Positions 27,335 through 39,789 of a DNA stretch of 64,000 bases are shown one piece after another; the stretch's first letter is position 1; each line of letters opens with the position of its first letter. The notes under the pieces were generated by a model. The model did not search any database and was not told the DNA's origin. It saw only the letters and a list, made by a program, of their open reading frames with translations. The position numbers and the translations under genes were made by a program. The DNA lies in NCBI GenBank assembly GCA_050273025.1, contig CP158635.1, forward strand, positions 21,700,001-21,764,000, read 5' to 3'. The stretch comes from Cenococcum geophilum. Taxonomy: Eukaryota.

Positions 27335-30300
27335 ATAACCTTTAGATTAAGCTTATTTATATTAATTAGGGTTTTAAGAGCTTAGTACGGCTTTACCTTA
27401 GTTATAGCGTCTACTAGGTTATCTTCGCCGCTAATCTATTTAACCTTTATAATTTTACGTCGTTTATAGGCCTAATATAAGCATATTAGGTCAGCTATAA
27501 GCCTCTTCTCTTATATTATACCTAGTTTAACTAAGCAGTTATAGAGGGACTTTAAATTAGTATATAAAACTAGGGGTAACTACTCCAATTATAGAATCTT
27601 CTGGATTGTTAATTTAATTATAGCTACTATATTAAAGCCATAAGCTAGTATATATAGTTTAGAAGCTAGTATACTACGGGTTACTTATTTATATTTAATT
27701 AAAGACTAATATAGTATATTTGCGTCCTAATTATAGTCCGTAAGTATAATTACGAAGCCAATTTATAATAATAGGTCTCTATTATTAGCGAAGGAGGCGT
27801 CTATAAATACTAGTACGCTAAGGGAATTTAGGTCTAGTGGTACAAAAGTAAGTCCTCTTATTATATTATTAATTTACCACTAAATACGCTTATTAAGCTG
27901 CTTAATATTTTCCTCTTACGGATTTATTACCTGGGCCGTAAAGGATAAATTATAGGCAGATTTAGGTTAACAAACTGTAGTAATATAGGCGCCTCTTATA
28001 CGCTATACAATATATTAGTCCTTTATATTTACGGTCTTACGGGTCTCTCTATAGGAACTAGTAAGGTCCGTAGGCTTTACTATAATAAGCCTTAGGTTTT
28101 AAGCTTGGCGTTCCTAAGTTAGCTTAATTAAGTTGCCCTTTTATATAATTAAGCCTCTATTAAACTTAATTAGAGTCTACTTAGTTAACTACTCTTACGG
28201 CTTTACTAGGAACTTAGCCTTTTATAATTTAGTCTCTTTAGCGTCCACAAAAGTCTAGTCCGCTAAAAAGTAGGTATTATCTGTTTAAAGTCTAATAATA
28301 CTAAGGCCGTTTAATGGGGTATATAGGAGGTAGGGGTTATAGGTTAACTGTTATTTTAAGTTTACTAACGTAATGCTAGTAATATATCTTAAACCAGTGG
28401 TTTCTAGCTTTTAGTACTCCGTAAAGGGGTTTTATAACCTATAAAATTGTTCCTAGTTATAAATTAAGCTTAAGAGGTAGTTGTATAAAGATGTCCCTAC
28501 TTAGGTAGGTATTAGACTACACGTAGGCTTATAAAATATCCCATAAGTAAAAAGCTATAGGTTTAGTTTACTATAGTCTAGGCGTAAATGCGAGTATAAT
28601 TTATTAACCAACTCGTTAAATTATAGGCGATTACATAAGAACTAAGTTCTTTCCCTAGTCGTTATAAGCTTATATAACGAGCCTTAATTTTTTAAAGGCT
28701 TTATTAGTACTAGGGTGCTTAATTTTATTAATAAAGCGTAAGTTAAATATACGGACGCCTTGCGGAACAACTCTCTCTATTATAACCGCAAAGACGCCCT
28801 TTTTAAGTAGTTCGTTAATCTCTTTACGTTATAAGTCCGTAAAAGGGGTTTCCTATACTAGAACTAATATATCTACAGGCGGTAGATTTTAGTACTAGTA
28901 AGGTAGTACAGGTTATAGTTAAAAGATTCCTAAATATAGGTCTGTAAAGTCTCTCCCTATATAAGGAACGGGTGTCTAAATCGTTATATAATTAGTAGGG
29001 TAATACACTTACTTCCTAGGGCAGTTGCAGGGCCAATTAAGGTGTCCGTAATATTATTATAGTAAACCTATAACCTATCTATATCCGTAAGACAGAGTAA
29101 AAAAGGGGTGTCCGCTTTTACTATGTAGAAGTTAACTAGGCTAATTAGGGTCTTAACTATAACTAATCTAATTAATGCGGTTAAGCCGATGCCGAATTAG
29201 ACGTTTACGGCCCCAGTTTGCATAGTATTAATATCTATATTATTATTTATAGTGGTCTTATATATAAGGTATTATCCGTAACCTATAGTAGACTTCTTAA
29301 AGGCACCTGTATTAATTATAACGCTATAGAATTCTTTAGGGGTAGAGCGTTCTATAGTAATATATGCAAATAGGTCCTATTTATAGTCTATAACGTCTAT
29401 AACGGGTCTAATAAGTATACTTATAGGTTAGTTTTTGGGTATAATTAAGTGTATAAAGGAGCGGTTGGCTAATACGGTCGTAATATTAAAGGCTTAGCCG
29501 TCCGTAAAAGGTCTAAAAGTAGTTAAAAATGTCTCTAAGATCTCCTATTTCTAAATATCTAAGTTAAGGTTAATTATAAGGGCTTCCATTAACTCGTTAA
29601 GAGACTCCTCTACTTTCTTTCCTTTATAGTTTAAGATAAACTAGTTAATCCGATTATTAAATCTCTTCTTAAACTTATTATATTCTTCCTAGGTATACCT
29701 TATAAACTAATATTCTTTCTTACTATATATAAAGCACTTCTAACTAGTTTGTTTATAGGGGTATGCTTTTATATAGGAGTTACTATAGGGGTTATAGGTA
29801 GGACTTAGTCGGTATAGGTATTACTAGCGGTAGCGGCGGTCTATAAAGTAGGCATCTAAGTTAGTTTATAGGTTTTATAGGTCCGTAATAAAAGCTTAAG
29901 TACTATCTAGTGGGTTTAAAACTTCGTATATTATAATAAAGAACTATAAATCGTTAATAAGGCCAGTTAAGGTGTCTATAGGCTTATAATAGGCGTATTT
30001 ATAGGGTTCTACTTCCTAGTAGGCTATAATAAGTTTATTGTATAGGAAGTCGTCTATTTAAAGCTTAGTATTAAGGCCGTGCTATAGGTGCCGAAGGTCT
30101 TTAATAAGAATTTATAGGCACTCTATAGCCGATTTTTCGGTATTCTTATTAATTATAGTCTATAACTTAATCGCATTCCATTACATAAGGATATTACGCT
30201 TATATTCTAGCCCTTTAAAGTAGTTACGTATAGCTTTATATAGCTTATTAAAGGGAACACCAAGGGGGTTGCTTTTAAGGTTGGTGTAATAGCGGTTAAG

Positions 30301-30441
30301 GGCTAGGCTACGCAGTATAGTAGAGTAGGCTTAGCTAAACTCCTATTTAGGAATATTAGCCTTCTAACAGAGGTCCGTAAAAATAGTTAGTTTAAAGTTA
30401 AAGTTATTATTTTTACTACTATACTTAGATTCGTTGGTATC

Positions 30442-33400
30442 TGTCAGATAGTTCATATAGAGCTATTCATTGATGAAATGGGTTGATTGATTGATTGTTG
30501 ACCTAGGGCCCCTAGGGCTCTATGAAGAGATTTACGATACACGTACCCCATGCACGTGACTCGTGCACGTCCTACGCCACCGAGAATACAGATTATCTGA
30601 CACACCCCCTTAGCTTCAACCTGGTCGAGGACGAAGCTAACCACCTTCTCGTGTCCGTCAATGTGTCAATTAAACCATAATCTTCTCCCTAACTCTCATC
30701 CTGTCCTTGTCATGCTCTACCTTTATAAGCACCCTTTTTATACGTGTACCTACGGCTTTAAATCCCTTAGGCCTTTTGCACTCAACTAGATACCAACAGT
30801 CAGGAAGGGTATGTCCCCTCATATCGCATACCAGGCATTTTTGGGTACTTCGACCTTTTGGAAGACGTCTCTTCAGTCAAATTTGTACCTGCCCTTTTTC
30901 GGCTGCAAGATAAGCTGTTCCTTCTTCCCTTTTGGACTTCAGTAGTAGAGATATCCTCTTCGGACTCTCCTGCGAAGTCTACGTTAAATACACTCCCTCT
31001 GGTAGTTAAGGATGGTACGACTTTTAAGAGGTTTGCGAATGCTTCCCGTAGCTCCATTACTACTTTACGGTATTCTAATGAGTGAGCCTTTTTAGTATCA
31101 TCTGCCTGTTTCGTGTACAGAACAAAATAGGTTTCGCTTATAGGTCGTATTGCATTTGCAAGGTCCATAAGCCAGATCCCATTGGTCATCTGTGAAAGCT
31201 TATACTTCTCTGCCATCTTTATTGCATGTTCCCATCGATCAAGCCACTGGGTAATTTTTGTCTCCCTAAGTCCCTTCAGCGATTCTGTGTATTGTAGCTG
31301 TACCTTCCTTATTATAAAGGTCTTTGATGGCTTAGTGTCTTCTTTTAACCGAATTAGCCATTCCTTGACTGTGAGGGAAGGGTCGAGCAGTAGCTTCTTC
31401 TAAATAAATACTGTGGACGTAATCTAGGTACGGATCTGTTGAAGATGATCTTCCTGTCTTAGGAAATACTTCATGTCCTGGTCGTAGTATCGTCTACTGT
31501 TATCGTACGCCTTCTGCTGATTCGTTGAGAGCTGTGCATATGAGGTTGCATTCTCATTAAAATCTGTGACTTCTGGATAGGTTGGTTCTTGTAGTAGACC
31601 TCGTTAAGGTGCTACATTGTCTAGGTCAACGTGGGCCCAAATTCACTAATCCACGAGGGCTCTGAGTTGCCAAAGCCATTGCTCCCAGTCTTCTAGTTTA
31701 TTAAGGACGATCGTGGTAGACGAACTCAACATCGGTGGAGTCATTTAACTAATAGGCAAATGGGAATTGTAATGGAATTCGTCGTCAGGATCGTCCTTGT
31801 CGTTAGGATCGTCCTGTGACAATTAAGGTAGAATCTCGTGGAATCTCGTGGAATCTAGTGTAATCTTGTGTCAGAATCGTCCTGTGACAATTAAGGTAGG
31901 ATTTCTATCTGAGTCTGCGTCCTAAGACGATGAGGTGTTAGAGTCTGACGATGAGGTAGAATTTCTTCAAATGATTGAGTAATAGCTGAATAGCTTCTTG
32001 TGTCGGCGGACCGGGCTTATAACTGTCAGATAGTTCATATAGAGCTATTCATTGATGAAATGGGTTAATTGATTGATTGTTAACCTAGGGCCCCTAGGGC
32101 TCTATGAAGAGATTTACGATGCACGTACCCCGTCCTACGCCACCGAGAATACAGATTACAGTAAAGCCGCGTTATACCGTTATCTTGGTATACCGTTCCT
32201 CTACGGTATAACAGTCAATAGCCATAAACAGTTAATTTTACTATGAGGTTTATAAGGCTTACGTTTAAATTTAATACGCCATTATATTTAAAGCTCTCTT
32301 ATACAAAAACGGTATAGCGCGAGCTATTATGGTGTTAAAAACTCTATTTTTAGAAGTATTAACCCCTTACTCTTAAGCCTACAAACTAGCACCGCAGCCA
32401 TTAATATTTATTAATTTAATACCCCTCTTGCCCTATATAATGGCGAAGCCTAAGGATAACCCTAAGCGCCTTTACCGCTATGGAGTTTTAGAGTATAAAA
32501 GGCAGTAAATCCGGGTATACTGCTATAAGAACCCTAAAAAACCTTAGAGAGATACTGCTCGCTTTTTTACCAATTAATTTTAACACCCTATCCAATAGTC
32601 TATTATATTAAACTCCTTAAAGCCTAAATATAAATACCTTAATTCACTAGTTCTTTAACGCGGCTAGGAGGGCTTTAAGAGGTATAGAGTTCCTAATAAT
32701 CCTAAGCTTAAAGAAGCACTATTTAAATAGCAACAGCGGATATAGGCCGCTAATATACTTATTACTAGCGACCTTATTTGGGCTATAGTAATAAAGCTTT
32801 AGAATACAATGGCATATTATTAGGGTTAATAATAGCCTAGTTTCTTAAGCGGTTGGGTTAATAACTTTAAGAAGAGGAATTAAATATTAAAACGGAAACT
32901 ATATAGTAAGGCTAGGTTAGTAAATATAGAGGGCGCTAAGGAGCGTATATAGGAGCTTAGGGTTGTTATAGATGTATACCTAAATTAAGACATTTATAAT
33001 ATGGATAAGGCAGGGCTTTTCTATAAGGCTACGCTGGATATAGGACTTATAACTATAGGGCAATTAGGTACTAAAAAGTAGAAGAAGTATATTATAACCG
33101 TCTACTATAGCAATATAGACGGTAGCTATATTATACCCCTATAGATTATTAGAAAAGCAAAGAATCCTTAATATTTTAGTATATAGCGCAGCAACCTTAA
33201 GGGCCTTAACTTTGCCTAGAGGTTTAATAAGAAGGCCTAGATAACGGCGTTAATATTCCTTAATTATATTAAGTGGTTTAACAGCTTAATAGGCGGTAAA
33301 AAGGTCCTTCTACTTATTAATTCCGCTCCTAGCTATACTAGGGGTATGCTTATAATATTAGAGCGCGCCAGCTTACTTAATACTAGGGTTAAATTCCTAC

Positions 33401-34206
33401 CTAAAAATGTTACCTCTCTCTATTAGCCTTTAGATTAGGGTATAATTTAAACCTTTAAAGCCTATTACCGCCGCTACTAGCTATCCTATATAGTAGATTA
33501 GGTAGAACAAAATAGGAACCCCCTTAAGACGATAAACATACTTAGGGCCGTTTAGTGGGCTATCGCAGTATGGTATAAAATTAGCCCTTAAACCGTAATA
33601 AATTGCTTTATATATTTAACAATCTTTAGACCCTATAAGGGCCCCTAAGGTACGCTAAGCGGGTATAGCAAGCCTTAGCTTAAGGCTGAATTAGAGGTAT
33701 ATTTATAGCAGCTTAGCCAAGTAGGGCAAATTAGGCAATTAATTCCTATTAGTAACTTTATTAATATAAATAGGGAGGACGCTTTAATAGAGCCTAAGGC
33801 CTCTATATTATAGGAAGTAATTAAGGCCTTAATTATTGCTTTATATAACGCGTTAGATAATAAAGAAAGCGATAAGGAGGTTAAGCTATAAGTTATTAAG
33901 CTTAATAAGGCTTTAGATGCACTAGAGCGCCTAAAGCTCTATAAGGGGCAGTAAGAGGATAGTAATAAGACTCTAATTACAGCTCTTATAAAGGCAGAGA
34001 GAGTAATTTAAGGCCGTTAAGCTGCGTAGGTAAGACAGACAACTATTATAAGCTTCTTTAAGTAGTTATAGATAGAGACAAGAGTTAATTTAGCCCCTTA
34101 TAGCAATTAATAAGTAAGCTAGCAATATAACGTTTCTATACGGCATAATGTTCAAACCCCCTACTACCGAGCTAAACGGTATAGCGCGGCTTTACTATAT
34201 CTGACA
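30442..34206 (-). mobile_element. Non-autonomous gag-only Copia-type LTR element, lightly RIPed
   Basis: LTRs 30442-30602 and 32024-34206 (second one split by a pogo), TGTCAGA..TCTGACA ends, TSD GTATC (30437-30441, 34207-34211). PBS gttataagccc (32013-32023, minus); PPT gaagctaagggggtg (30603-30617, minus). Gag from ATG 31744 (IVLNKLEDWEQWLWQL..) ends in knuckle CLVCDMRGHTLPDC; no pol. Confidence 0.92.
32159..34197 (+). mobile_element. pogo/Tigger-like DNA transposon, complete but RIP-inactivated
   Basis: 23-bp TIRs cagtaaagccgcgttataccgtt / aacggtatagcgcggctttacta; TA duplication (32157-32158, 34198-34199). Transposase remnant ATG 32440 to ~34065 with SGWVNNFKKR, IYNMDKAGLFY, VLLLINSAPSY and LY*PLD*GII*TFKAYYR (CENP-B HTH and DDE_1). 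Confidence 0.95.
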
Positions 34207-34210
34207 GTAT

Positions 34211-34465
34211 CCCTTGCAACGGCAGGGTCCTACGCATAAATAGCCCGTACGCGAACAACAGTTTTTCCAAACAACGCGTATGTTAATACACCACTAATAT
34301 GCCTTTTAATCGTGCCAAAGTTGATAGTGACCTTGTTCGGAAGACTTAATATAAGGTTCCTCCTAATCGCATTGCTAAAAAAGGCCCCCCGAAGCCCTTA
34401 GTCCTATTAATCCAATTGGCTAGCTCTTATCAATAACGGTAGGGCCCATTTTGCCGTTGCAAGGG
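34211..34465. mobile_element. 255-bp MITE or deletion derivative with CCC...GGG ends
   Basis: TIR cccttgcaacggca / tgccgttgcaaggg; absent at the matching site of the inner copy (~25945). Contains a short ATG-started remnant MPFNRAKVDSDLVRKT. Confidence 0.85.
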
Positions 34466-35702
34466 ATAGAGCTTAGCTAGGTTAGCTAGCTCCTTACTAT
34501 AGGTCTTTACTTAGGTAGTTTATAGATCTATAACTTAAGCGACGAAAGGGTTTTAGTTTGTATTTTAGTTTGCGGGGGTATTACGGTCTATAACTTAAGT
34601 ACTAGGTATACTTTAGCCCATAAGATTAATTCTAAGATCTCTTTAGTCTATAGGACGAATTTAGTTAAATAGGTTATCTATAAGACTAAAGATCCTATTA
34701 AGTTTAAAATAGGTAAAAAGTCTACTAGTTTTAATGTAATCTAGAATCTACTCTTTAGTTTATTCCGTTTAGTTCTCTTTACGTAGTATATTATATAGAG
34801 ACCGTATAATAGTAACTCGTTTATCCTTTTTAACCTATATACCTTAGTAACGTAAGAGGGTTTATAGGTTGTGGGTAGCTATAAGGTTATAAGCCTTAAA
34901 GATAACTTCCATAAAGTCCGTAAAGTCTTCCTTATATTATTCCCATAAATCGTTATTTAAAAGCTTAAAGTGTCTGTATTTAAGGATTTTAAAATTAATA
35001 TAGTCATTAACGCCGTTTATAGACGTAAGGTCGACTCCCTAACTCCACTTCTTTTAACCTTTGTTAATTTGCTTACTTATATCTGCTATATTATATAGCG
35101 TAGTATATTTATATAAGCTGTAACGGGCGGTAATAGCTTATAGTGGGTAGAGGAGGTCTTATAATGGTCCGTAAAATTAATTAACGGGTCTGTAATAGTT
35201 TAAGAGGTCTTATAATAGTCCGTAAAGGCAATTAATAGGTCTATAATAATTTATAGGAGGGTAAGAGGTTCTGTAAAGGTCTATATTTGCATTTATAAAC
35301 TTTTAGTAAACCGTACTAAGGCTTAAATAAGTATATAGAGATGGTAATATAGTCCGTAATCCCTAACTTCTAACATTTTAATAGGTTGTACTAGGATTTA
35401 AACGGGTAGTTACTGTCGTATATCGCTTAGGGGGAGGTATTAAGTAATTGCTAATCTATGCGCGCTTACTAATTAGTGTTTATATTAATTTAATAATATA
35501 GGTAAGTTATATCCAGGGGCACGAAATACGTGTAGTATCGTATACTCTTTTAGATGATGGTAACTGTCGATTCCATTAAGGTAGACTACGTAGTCTATAT
35601 ACTAACGCGCCTCCCCCTAATTAGTCAGCACTTTATAAACAAGTAGTTAGTGCACTAAACGCGTAATTACGCGTTTGGTATGCCACGTGCTGTAATTATA
35701 TA

Positions 35703-37767
35703 TTTATTTACTATTTAGGCTTTTTCTAAGCGCTTAGCATACTACTAGGCTTCCTTATAAGATAGTTTTTTTATATATAGTTTAGGGTCCTTTTAGTCTT
35801 TTCTAGTTAAAGCTAGTATAGGGTAAATAGCCTATTTCTAGTTAAATAGGGGCAAATCTAGTAGAGTTATGGGGTAGAGTTGCCTGGGCATAGTTTATAA
35901 GGGGTAGCAGTTTAGCCTAGTTATCTTAAAAGTAGTTAATAAAGGGCTGGAGCCTCTAATTTAGGTATTAGTTTATAATCTCCGTCTAACCGTTTATTTA
36001 GGGGTAATATACTATAGAAAGCTTTAGCTTAATACCTAAGATCTAAGTAAATTTGTTTTAAAAGGCTAATATAAACTACGGCCTGTAATTAAAAACAATA
36101 GTATTTAGTAGTCTATAAATTTAGTAGACGTAGTAGATATATAGTTAGGCCGCCTCTTTAGTATTAATATTTTTATAATAGGGAATTAAGAACGGGCGCT
36201 TACTAAAGCGGTTAACTAAAATTATAACTATATTGTATCCGTTACGGTCTAAAGGCAGTTTATAAAAATCTATAGAGATATACTACTAAGGGCGTTCTAG
36301 TATTAGAAGGGGTTTTAATAGCTTTAGGGTCTTATCCGATAGAATTATAGACCTATAGTAACCGTTGCAGTTCTATACGTAACGGTTAATATCTATAGCT
36401 ATTCTAGGCTAGTAGTAACGGTCACTAATAATCTTATAGGTCTTATTTTTTCTAGGATAAGCCGTAAAGACCTAGTTATGTACTTCGGCAATAAGTTAAG
36501 TCCATAAATTTTATTCCTTTACTACTACTAGCTATACCTAATACTTAAGCAGTCTATTTTTAAGGGACTATAGGCTAGTAGTGTTCTTTGCCTTTTTGCG
36601 GTACTCCTATAGAGAAGAGGCCGTATGGTTTACCTACAGTAGTTTATTAATAAGGTTAAGTTCCGTAGAGCTTATAGGGCATATTTCGGCTTTTAAAGAT
36701 CCTATACTTAGTTCTACCCATATCTAAGGGTTAAGGTACTGTACCTATAGTAGCGTCTAGCTCTATAATAAGGTCTTTACGGCTACCTATTTATCTAGGT
36801 CTTATTTGCGTCTTATAAGTATATCCGCACAATTAATAGCGCCTAGCCTATATATAATTAGGAAGTTAAACTAAGATAGGGTATCCGCCTAGCGCGTCTA
36901 CCGTACTATAAGGGCCTTTATTATTATAAAATATTTTAAGGCCTTATAATTAGAAACTACCTAAACAGGCTTAGGGGTCCCTTCTAATTATACTCACTAG
37001 TGCTAGAAGCTAGAGATAATAGCTAGCATTTCTTTATTATAAACTAGGTAGTTTAGCTTAGTATATATTATAGTCTTTAAATAGTAAGCAATAGGGTGCT
37101 ATTCTCCGTCTATTTACTTCTGGGAATAAACGCTAGCTATAACGCCGTCTAAGGCGTTAGTTTCTAGCATTAAGGGCCGTTTAGGTTAAAGTGGGTAAGA
37201 AAGCGGAGACTAGTCGTTTCTTAAGCTTGTTAAAAGCCTGCCTATATATAGTATTAAAGTAAAAGGGCTAATCTTTTTGGGTAAGGCAGTTAAAAGGCCT
37301 AGTAATCTTGCTGTAGTCCTTAATAAAGCGTTAGTAGAAGTTATAGAAATCTAGAAATAATTATACCCCCCTTATAATCCGTGGGGGTGCTTACTAAGTA
37401 ATTATAGCCGTTTTTTTAGGTTGGTTTTAATTTTATCCATACTAACAATAAACCTTAGGTACTTTATACGTTTAATACTAAACTCTAACTTCTTAATATT
37501 GGCCTAGAGGCTAGCCTTACGGAGCTATTAGAGGACTTTATAGACATACTCCTTATATTCTAGCTTATTCTTAAAGTAGATTATAATATTATCTAAGTAG
37601 GCCGTATAAAAGTCGTTAAGGTAGTATCTTATATTTATACATTTTGTAATAGGTCTAAAATATAATAAGATCCTTTAAGCTAGGGTTTCTTTTAATTTAG
37701 TAAAAGGCCTAGCGGATATTAAGATTTATAAAGACCTTAGCTCTACTTATTTGGGCTAGTGTCTTAT
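35703..37767 (-). mobile_element. Gypsy pol remnant (RT end, RNase H, integrase), internally deleted
   Basis: YLNDFYTAYLDNIIIY (~37580-37625) and LGIKLKLSIVYYP*ING*TEIIN*YLN*RLQPFINY (~35935-36040). Confidence 0.85.
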
Positions 37768-39015
37768 TGTCAACCTAAATTAGGTTATCTTATTACCGAC
37801 TTAGCAACCTCCCATTGACTTAGTTATTGACTTAATTATTAACTCGGTTATTGACTCGGTTACTTAGCCCTTATTTTTATTGCCACCCCCTTACCCCCTT
37901 CTCGTTCTTATTTCCTATACCTTTCCTATATATATATAGAGGCTCTAAAGCCACCATTTAATAAATAGAGTTATTATTTTTTTCTTATAATCGGTGTATA
38001 GACTTCCGATTAACAGTTATAAGCCCAGGTTGCTTGCCGTATTACCCCTATTTAACTATTTAATTTAATTAACCTATTTAATTTAATTAACCTATTTAAT
38101 TAATATACCCCTTATTAAATTATTACTTATTACTAAATCCTTTAACCTTCCTGCAAGCACCTTTTTAAAATAACTTCTTAACCACCTACCCAAGCTATTA
38201 CTATAACGGTGATATTATTAAGCTAAGCTGATTAGGATAAATAGATTGACCTTATTAGGCTCCGAGCCCGAATAAAAGACGTATAGAAATACGTTAACCC
38301 CTTAACCAAACGGGATAAGTTGCCCTAATTAATTAAACTAGTCTTTTCTAGGTCTTAAGACGTGAAGTTAGAAATAACCTCCTATACAGCTCTCTCTAAG
38401 GACGAGAAGAACAAGCTTTAAATTCTCTATAAGAGGTACAAGATAGTAGAGAAGGAGTATAAGAAGTAGAAGGCGGCCTTGACTTCTCTATAAAGCTATA
38501 CTACTAGGGTAGTAGCTAGATATCTAAACACCTATATACTGGGTATTGACTCGGTATATAATATACTAGTGACTTTTAAGGAGAGGGTTGCCCCTACTAA
38601 TACTATACGTTAGCTCTACCTATTTACTTAATACGCTAAGGTTAAAAAGGGCCTAAAGAATTAAAACTTTAAGACCTGGTTATAGCAGTAGGAGAAGACG
38701 TATAACGACTGTAAAAAGATTAAATTATTAGACGTAGACGGCGACTAAGTAATTAGAGACTTCCTGCTAGTAGTAAAGCCAGTATTACCAAATTAGGCCT
38801 TAACGTAGAGGGTCGAATTTGATAAATACGACTGGGCTAAGGACTACGTAATATCTATATATTAACTGGTTAACATATATTAAAACTATTAATAATTAAA
38901 GACTGCCTAGTAGAAGAATAGAGCTTAGCTTAGTGCTAATATAGTAAGCTTTTAGGACAAGCCAATTAATAAGGCTGCTAAGGACAAGGCTCCTAAGGAT
39001 AAGGCCCCTACTACG
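37768..39015 (+). mobile_element. 5' end of a Copia element: LTR 37768-38015, PBS, truncated gag
   Basis: TGTCAA...TTAACA ends, PBS gttataagccc at 38016-38026, ~12-bp tandem ttattgactcgg units in the LTR, gag TVILLS*AD*DK*IDLIRLRARIKDV*KYVNP. Truncated at ~39015. Confidence 0.85.
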
Positions 39016-39500
39016 TCAGGAAAAAATTTACTAGCATTTAATTTTACTTTTCTACTATTTTAGCATTTTCTAGCATTTCTAGCATTTCCTAGCATTTAGC
39101 TACCAAATGCGGCATTTATAATTAAGTATTAGCATTTAGCTACTAAGTGCTAACTATAAGATTACTAAGCATATATAAAAGTATAATTTTTATAATTTTA
39201 ATATTTTATATACACTTTATTAATATTACTAAGCATATATAAATATATAATTTTCATAATTTTAGTATTTTATATACGCTTTATTAATATTACTAAGCGT
39301 ATAAAAAAGTATAATTTTTATAAATTTAATATTATTAATAAAAATAATATATTTTATATTTTACATATATTTTATTAATATTAGTAAGTATAGGGGGCGG
39401 GGCGGCATTATTAAAATTTTTACTAGTATCTTAAATTAGGTTTATGCTAATTAAGCAATTTTAGCATTTAGCCGCATTTAGTTGCATTTTACGGCTATAT
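39016..39500. repeat. Repeat-rich end-like region: (T)AGCATTT motif array plus ~62-bp tandem repeats
   Basis: About 10 gcattt motifs in 39030-39140 and 39460-39490; 3-4 copies of attactaagc..tataatttt..tttattaat in 39160-39390. Confidence 0.7.
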
Positions 39501-39789
39501 ACTACACCGCTAATAATAATAATATAATTTATGGCTAAACGCTACCTTAATAATAAAAGTGCTATAAGCTATAGCTTAATACTCTCTTAAAAATAATAAT
39601 ACTAAAAATATTTTGGTTAACTAAGTTTACTATATACGCTATACTACTACCTATAAGTTACTAGAAGATATATCCCTTAGCCTATATATACGCCACTATA
39701 TAATTATAATAGGTTTCGCTATATAGCGGCTATATATAGTATTTAAAACTATCTACAGTTCCATTATACTCTTATAATTATTACTAGCA

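Larger units (their letters stand above)
20619..35702 (-). mobile_element. Outer GalEa-clade Copia element, integrase deleted, host of several nested insertions
   Basis: 5' LTR 35477-35702; truncated 3' LTR ~20619-20824. Internal pieces 20825-21037, 27335-30440 and 34466-35476 are colinear with the inner copy. Confidence 0.9.

Noticed and set aside
39160..39390. CRISPR-like array
   Set aside because: Head-to-tail degenerate tandem repeats with no unique spacers and no cas genes, in eukaryotic context.
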